Assembly (NCBI RefSeq): GCF_900167395.1
Contig: NZ_FUWK01000056.1
Span: 1 to 12,960, forward strand
Direction of reading: 5' to 3'
Length of the DNA stretch: 12,960 nucleotides
Source: Nitrosomonas europaea
GTDB taxonomy: Bacteria; Pseudomonadota; Gammaproteobacteria; Burkholderiales; Nitrosomonadaceae
This document shows positions 8,222 through 12,960 of this stretch, one piece after another. The notes under the pieces were generated by a model that was not told the DNA's origin, made no database searches, and saw only the letters and a list, made by a program, of their open reading frames with translations. Numbering within the stretch: the first letter of the stretch is position 1; every line of letters starts with the position of its first letter. The translations under genes were made by a program, and so were the position numbers.

Positions 8222-8224
8222 CAA

Positions 8225-9562
8225 TCAGTATCCTGTGCGCCTCGGACGCGCACTGCTCACGTCTGCCCGTTCACGCTTGCCAACCCGCAAACCGGCGTAT
8301 TCCATAAACGGTATGGCCGGATCGCGCTCCCAGCCGCGGGTTTCCACCCAACGCCGCGCCAACACCACCAGTACCATCAGATTGTAAGGCAGGTCAAAAT
8401 AAGGCATGGAGAGAAAAGCTCCCCCTACCGCAAACCCGATCAAACTGACCTGAACCATGCTGCCAAGGTCAACTGTCCATTTTGCTTCGGGAATCGAGCG
8501 CGCATGACGGCGCAGCCAGCCAGCCTGCCACAAGGTACTCGCCCACAGCCCCAGATAGAGCGCCAGCCCGATGAATCCATGATTACCCAGAATCTGGAAA
8601 TAAATGCTGTGGGCCGCAATGACGTTGGTGTTATACACACCCCACATCGAAAAAAAGAACTCGTGCTGATAAGACATGCCACCACCAAACAGGTAGTGCT
8701 TGGCGACTTCGATGGCCACCAGCCAGCCATTGATGCGCCCCATCGCCGACGCGTCTTCCTCGTAGGTCTGGATTGTGCCCATACGCGCCCACCATTCTTC
8801 CGGCATCATCGGCAGCAGCAATAGCAGCACGACCAACACCCCGAAACTCATCAGACCCTTGCGATTACTGCGCCACCATAGCACTGCACCCATGGCGCTG
8901 ATCGCCAGCAAGGCGCCGCGCGAGTGACTGCCCAGAGCTGAAGCAACACATGACAGCATGGTCACGGTCATGAGGTGGCGTTGCCACGGTTTCTGTAACT
9001 GTAGTTGCAGAAAATGAAGCAGTGGCACGGTCATGATCAATGCAAGGGCAAAATGATTGTTGTCGGCGATGAACGAACCTGGTGGCCCCCAAACACGATA
9101 GTTGCCGCCATGAAGCACGGTGAAGAATCCACCTTTGGCGCCCAGCAAAGCTAGGGAGCCCACCGTTACCCAGGCAAAAGCCATCAGATGATACTTATTC
9201 GACAACAGCATCAGCGCAACAAAGGTCATGAAATAAATCTTCATCACCTTACTCCACTGCACATAATCCCCTGCTGGATCGTAACCGAAGAGCCATGATA
9301 ATGTAATCCAGATCGTCAGCAACGCGAACCAGGCGACCGGTGCGCCCTGAAACGGGCTTTGCCGCTCTTTAGTAAACGCCAGACCGAGCAGGGCCACGCC
9401 GGCTGCCACCGCAGCCAGCGGCGCTGAATAAGCAAAGCCCCAACTGTAGCGATGCGGATTCATGATACTAAGCCAAGTCCACAGCATTACCCCGACCCAC
9501 GGGCGACGCAGTGCCATCACGGCCATCACCGCCACAATCGACACAATCAGTAAATCACGCAT
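8225..9562 (-). CDS. O-antigen ligase-like (Wzy_C) membrane protein, resembling the putative O-glycosylation ligase associated with exosortase A systems
   Basis: The start is taken at MRDLLIVSIVAVMAVMALRRPWVGVMLWTWLSIMNPHRYSWGFAY (ATG 9562), 11 nt after the upstream stop. The product is 445 aa and polytopic. The N-terminal pattern MRDL..RRP..G...W.WLS.MNPHR..WGFAY matches my recollection of the exosortase-A-associated ligase family. Confidence 0.75.
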   Translation of the reverse strand: MRDLLIVSIVAVMAVMALRRPWVGVMLWTWLSIMNPHRYSWGFAYSAPLAAVAAGVALLGLAFTKERQSPFQGAPVAWFALLTIWITLSWLFGYDPAGDYVQWSKVMKIYFMTFVALMLLSNKYHLMAFAWVTVGSLALLGAKGGFFTVLHGGNYRVWGPPGSFIADNNHFALALIMTVPLLHFLQLQLQKPWQRHLMTVTMLSCVASALGSHSRGALLAISAMGAVLWWRSNRKGLMSFGVLVVLLLLLPMMPEEWWARMGTIQTYEEDASAMGRINGWLVAIEVAKHYLFGGGMSYQHEFFFSMWGVYNTNVIAAHSIYFQILGNHGFIGLALYLGLWASTLWQAGWLRRHARSIPEAKWTVDLGSMVQVSLIGFAVGGAFLSMPYFDLPYNLMVLVVLARRWVETRGWERDPAIPFMEYAGLRVGKRERADVSSARPRRTGY

Positions 9563-9573
9563 GAGTGGAACCC

Positions 9574-10784
9574 TCAGTGCAGTACAACATGGCTGGCCAC
9601 ATAACAGAATTTCCCCGATTTCTCGGCGAGGACTGCGTCGACGAACTTCACCGTCACCTTCGCCCCCAGTCGGCACCGGAAGCCATCGATGATGATAGTG
9701 TCGATGCCGGTCATATCGCCGCCAGCCTCGGGTGCGAGCAGAATCCGCGTATGTTCCCGATTTTTCCGCACGATCTTGAACGTCCGCACCTCATTCAGAT
9801 CGTGCACCACATAGATCAGCGCCAACCCATGAAGCACCGTGCCCTCTGCAGCGACGACAAAATCCGTATTGCGCCCTTGAATGTCGGTCAACAGCGGCAG
9901 GCCACGGCCGCAAGAACACGTCTCTTCGCTCAGGCTGGCAATATCGCCGGTACGGTAGCGGATGAAAGGATAGTCTCGCGTGGCGAGATGGGTGACGACG
10001 ATCTTTCCAGACTGCCTATGCGGTAGCACTCGGCCTGCCTCGCCGATAATTTCGACGACGATATCTTCGGTTATGACGTGCATGTTGCCGTTTGGGCACT
10101 CATGTGCGATGAAACCAGCGTCCCGTCCACCATAGCCATTAGCTACTGGGCAGCCGAACAGACGGACGATCGTCTCGCGCTGGTGGTTATAGAGCCGCTC
10201 TGATGTGCAGAACACCACCTTGATCCCTAGGTCATCGAATCTAACTCCGCGCTGCTCGGCGCATGGCACGATATGGCTCATGGCAGAAGGGTAACCGAAA
10301 ATCATTTTTGGATGGCGTTCGCGGATGCGTGCAATAAAGCCATCGACCTTTTTGTCCGGCATTCCGAAGGTCGGCAGTAACTCGGTCCGCATCAATGCGT
10401 GGCGTGCCATTTGGCAGCAACATCGTGGCTGACACGCTTGGTGCCGATAAAGAAGATCGAAAGTTCTCCGCTCGACCCCTCTGTATTGAAATGAGCAAGG
10501 CCAACGGCATTGTCGGCGCGCAGTGCATCACTGCTGGCACGGATGTCGGCCACGCTGTCGACCTTCGCTGGATCGAAGCTGATCCTCGCGAACAGGTCTC
10601 GGTAATGCGGTACGTGTGTGCCCGCATGTTCGAGCAGCGTCCGCAGGCATTGTGCCTGCAACCTCAGGATGCATTCGCTCAGCCACCATTGCAAAACTTC
10701 TATTTTGCCATGCACCTGCACGGTATCGTGCTTCTTCAGGGGAAACAGGACATTGGCAACGAAGCGGGTATACAGATCGGACAT
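9574..10784 (-). pseudogene. CapK / PaaK-like adenylate-forming enzyme (phenylacetate-CoA ligase / F390 synthetase family), split by a frameshift
   Basis: The N-terminal ORF 10392-10784 carries VPHYRDLF and the degenerate P-loop-like block NTEGSSGE, and stops at 10392. The C-terminal ORF 9574-10410, in another frame, carries MIFGYPSAM, VFCTSERLYNHQRETIVRLFGCPVANGYGGRDAG, NMHVITEDIVVEII and IRYRTGDIA. The two ORFs overlap by 19 nt. Confidence 0.65.
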
Positions 10785-11189
10785 GTCATTAAATTTGGGA
10801 TTTAAATCAATCTCTAACGGTTAAGATTGGCGCAAACTTTATTCCAGACAGAATTTTGGTCTGCATTATTATGCAGCTTCTCATCCTTAGATAAGAATTG
10901 ATGTGTTGGGAGCGCCTAATTTTTAGCCATCTGTGTAGCGCAAGTATTGATATTATTCAGCGTTGATGACGTTATTGCAGCCTCCATGGGAAACTTGCTG
11001 TTTTCCAGCCGCTAATATACTGTCCTGATGTCCTAGTGAATCTTTACTACCTTCAAAACTATTATATCTGATTAGTAATGAGCGTCAGCAACCCGAATGG
11101 AGCGCAAGGGTTGCGGAATAATCGAAGCGGCGGCAATGAGCAGTTGTTTGTGCAGCGAACGAAGATTAAGAGCTTATCCTTAAACGGGC

Positions 11190-11218
11190 ATGCTCTTATT
11201 TCGTAGCCTGTGCATGAG
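11190..11218. repeat. Left terminal inverted repeat of the IS5-like relic
   Basis: See the alignment with 12069-12100 given under the mobile_element feature. Confidence 0.65.
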
Positions 11219-11237
11219 CGCGATACGGGGAGGATGG

Positions 11238-12065
11238 ATGGCCAAAACAACAAGCGTGGCGTCGCGGGAAGTATCCGATGCTCTTTGGGAACGGATGGAG
11301 CTGCTGATTCTGGCGGCCGCACCGCGGCGATCGGATCGGATATACATGCACAAACCTGGAGGTGGGCGTAAGCCCAAGGATCCACGGCTGGTGTTCGAAG
11401 CGATTGTCTACGTGTTACGCACAGGCTGCCAGAGGAAGGCGCTCCCTCGAATGGCAGGTCTCCGGCGTATTCGAAGCGTTATGGGAAGGCTGGTCTGGCC
11501 GAATACGACGACATGGAGGGCATTGTCTGGCGCTGACAAAGCATCGACGGCTCCATGATGAAGGCACTCCTGGCACAACAGATTGTCGGCTCCAACTCGA
11601 CGGATCGGGGAAAAAATGGGAGCAAGCGACACCTGCTGGTGGACGGTCGTGGCGTCCCGTTGTCGCTCATCGTGACCGGGCCAGCCGGCATGACGTCAGC
11701 CAGTTGCCAGCAGTGCTGGAGGCCATCATGGTCAAACGTCCGAACCTACCGAAGCGACGTCACAAACACCCGTGTGCCGATGCCGGTTACACTGGTGCTC
11801 CCACACTCTTGAGAGCATCGAAGAACACGGTTGCACTGCACATGTCAAAGGCCGTGGCCAGCAAGCCAAAGAGAAGCGACGACACCCCGGCGCTCACGCC
11901 AGACGCTGGATCATCGAGGTCTCGCACGGCTGGTTCAATTGCCTTCGCAAATTGCTCATGCGTTACGAGAAGCTTGCACGCAGCTTCCTGGGACTCAATC
12001 ACTTGGCTGCTGCCATCATTGCTTTCCGGAAGGTGCCGCTGGCCGTTAATATTATTTACGAATAA
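11238..12065 (+). pseudogene. IS5-family transposase pseudogene (multiple frameshifts, one in-frame stop, one internal deletion)
   Basis: Recognisable segments are spread over all three plus frames: MAKTT..PRLVFEAIVYVLRTGCQ.KALP; SGVFEALWE; GLAEYDDMEGIVWR*QSIDGSMMKA..TDRGKNGSKRHLLVDGRGVPLSLIVTG; RHDVSQLPAVLEAIMVKRP..CADAGYTG; and LESIEEHGCTAHVKGRG..ARRWIIEVSHGWFNCLRKLLMRYEKL..LAAAIIAFRKV. The frame changes fall near 11445-11455, 11486-11492, 11677-11687 and 11797-11808. A TGA sits at 11534-11536. Confidence 0.8.
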
Positions 12066-12068
12066 GTT

Positions 12069-12100
12069 CTTATGCAGACGGCTACAGGAGATATGAGCAT
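12069..12100. repeat. Right terminal inverted repeat of the IS5-like relic
   Basis: The reverse complement aligns with 11190-11218. Confidence 0.65.
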
Positions 12101-12538
12101 AAATAGACTTCCCAAATTTCTTCTTGAAGGCAGTATTCATTGCTCGCACTGTCATTCCATACCGTGATGCAATCAATTCGAGCTTTGGAAGCTTTCCCTC
12201 GAAATTAACCAACTCATCATGTATCTGTTGAATCTGAGCATTTATTACAGATAAATGAGGTATATTTTCTCGACAATCATAAAGCACAAACATTGACCAC
12301 CTTTTGTCTTGCACGATGCTCTATAGTCGCAGCGCCTGATGTCATTTACACAAAAACATGGGCCACTTTCTATGGAATGCATCATCATATTTGGCTCGGA
12401 AAATCCGATTGAAAAATTTCCGATGCCAAATGGCGATCCATCTCGGGAGGTGTGTGGTTGATGGACCGTGTGTAATAAAACTACTCCTGGCAAAGGTTCC
12501 TGCCACTTTATCCCGCTTGTTCCGATCCAGGATGGCAT
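12101..12538 (-). pseudogene. AraC/XylS-family transcriptional regulator remnant, truncated by the IS5-like insertion and probably frameshifted
   Basis: The minus-strand frame from 12314 reads ..EGKLPKLELIASRYGMTVRAMNTAFKKKFGKSI, which is the first helix-turn-helix of an AraC-type domain. It then runs straight into the IS inverted repeat at 12100. A possible N-terminal part is ORF 12245-12538 in another frame. The region is AT-rich relative to the EPS genes. Confidence 0.5.
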
Positions 12539-12642
12539 CGGTTATCCGAGACGCTGAACATCAGTCGATAAAGTTATTTCAAAGTCTCTGGGCGCGGCCT
12601 CTGTAAGCCAACTAATCCGAACAAATGTAGCCATATCTCTTG

Positions 12643-12960
12643 CTAGTTGTTTAGTCCCACTTTGTGATGGTATGGATTGATGATAAAACGTTCAGGTTCG
12701 TTTTGCCAGCATTTGATGATGTATTCGTAAGGTGTGAGTCCTCGTAAGGTTTTGAGTCGCCTGGCGAAGTTGTAGGCATTCAGGAAGCTGTAAAGATGCT
12801 CTCGCAACTGTTGATGATTTTCATAATGATAGCGTTTGACGGTTGCTTCCTTGAGGGTGCGGTTCATGCGTTCGACTTGACCATTGGTCCAGGGGTGATT
12901 TGGCTGGGTCAGGCGATGTTCCGTACCATTTTCCAGGCAGACACGGTCGAAGATATGCAA
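12643..12960 (-). CDS. IS481-family transposase (integrase core / rve domain), C-terminal ~105 aa (partial; runs off the right edge)
   Basis: ENGTEHRLTQPNHPWTNGQVERMNRTLKEATVKRYHYENHQQLREHLYSFLNAYNFARRLKTLRGLTPYEYIIKCW is the characteristic C-terminal block of IS481-family DDE transposases. The apparent TTG start at 12960 is a window-edge artefact. Confidence 0.85.
   Translation of the reverse strand: MHIFDRVCLENGTEHRLTQPNHPWTNGQVERMNRTLKEATVKRYHYENHQQLREHLYSFLNAYNFARRLKTLRGLTPYEYIIKCWQNEPERFIINPYHHKVGLNN

Larger units (their letters stand above)
11190..12100 (+). mobile_element. Degenerate IS5-family insertion sequence relic (~0.9 kb) with imperfect terminal inverted repeats
   Basis: The left repeat at 11190-11218 (ATGCTCTTATTTCGTAGCCTGTGCATGAG) aligns with the reverse complement of 12069-12100 (ATGCTCATATCTCCTGTAGCCGTCTGCATAAG). 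About 25 bases match, with two small gaps. The repeats enclose the transposase remnant. I saw no clear target-site duplication. Confidence 0.7.

Noticed and set aside
8147-8824. 225-aa plus-strand ORF overlapping the deacetylase start and the ligase-like gene.
   Set aside because: It is antisense to two well-supported minus-strand genes, low in complexity, rich in Arg, Pro and His, and without motifs.
9563-9676. 38-codon upstream extension of the ligase-like ORF.
   Set aside because: It overlaps the CapK-like gene's 3' end. MRDLL at 9562 fits the family N-terminus.
10861-10876. Palindrome CTGCATtattATGCAG upstream of the minus-strand operon.
   Set aside because: The arms are only 6 bp and sit in AT-rich DNA. 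No second copy or associated promoter could be defined.
10785-11189. Search of the AT-rich intergenic region for small genes, tRNAs or a promoter for the minus-strand operon.
   Set aside because: Only ORFs of about 20 codons or fewer without ribosome-binding sites were found. There was no cloverleaf-like structure and no convincing -35/-10 pair.
11062-11385. 107-aa minus-strand ORF.
   Set aside because: Most of it is antisense to the IS5 relic. Only the segment left of 11190 might be a degraded AraC tail, and that is too weak to call as a gene.
11238-12065. Programmed -1 ribosomal frameshifting as the explanation for the split IS5 transposase.
   Set aside because: Four frame changes in both directions, an in-frame TGA and an internal deletion cannot be explained by a single programmed shift.
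11787-12314. 175-aa minus-strand ORF taken as a single real protein.
   Set aside because: It is chimeric. Only the part from 12314 to 12101 is AraC-like. The remainder is a read-through antisense to the IS5 relic.
12358-12606. 82-aa plus-strand ORF.
   Set aside because: It is antisense to the putative AraC N-terminal fragment, with no motifs or ribosome-binding site.
1-12960. The whole locus as a composite transposon bounded by IS elements.
   Set aside because: The edge elements belong to different families (IS5 and IS481) and both are truncated by the window. Matching inverted ends could not be shown.

Overview
This window is mostly a cell-surface polysaccharide (EPS / O-antigen-like) biosynthesis locus, with insertion-sequence (IS) material at both edges and inside it. 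All family assignments rest on motifs read by eye, because no database or HMM search could be run. The locus forms two convergent gene blocks. The plus-strand block (716-3404) encodes a Wzx-like flippase and a GT4 glycosyltransferase. The minus-strand block (10784 down to 3419) encodes, in order: a CapK/PaaK-like adenylate-forming enzyme split by a frameshift; an O-antigen-ligase-like membrane protein of the exosortase-A-associated type; a NodB-type polysaccharide deacetylase broken by closely spaced frameshifts; two GT2-type glycosyltransferases; and a TagB/TagF-family polyol-phosphate transferase with a long unassigned N-terminal region. Start and stop codons in the minus block overlap or lie within 11 nt of each other, which suggests one operon. 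There are three IS segments. A partial IS5-family copy sits at the left edge; its transposase is on the minus strand, runs off the window and is missing from the supplied ORF track. A heavily degraded IS5-family relic with recognisable terminal inverted repeats lies at 11190-12100, inserted into an AraC-family regulator gene. A partial IS481-family transposase sits at the right edge. I found no tRNA, rRNA or CRISPR array and no recognisable defence or toxin system. The most unusual content is the teichoic-acid-type phosphotransferase coupled to a GT2 in a Gram-negative-style EPS operon. The second notable point is that the locus appears to be decaying selectively (at least four disrupted genes) while the core transferases, flippase and ligase remain intact.
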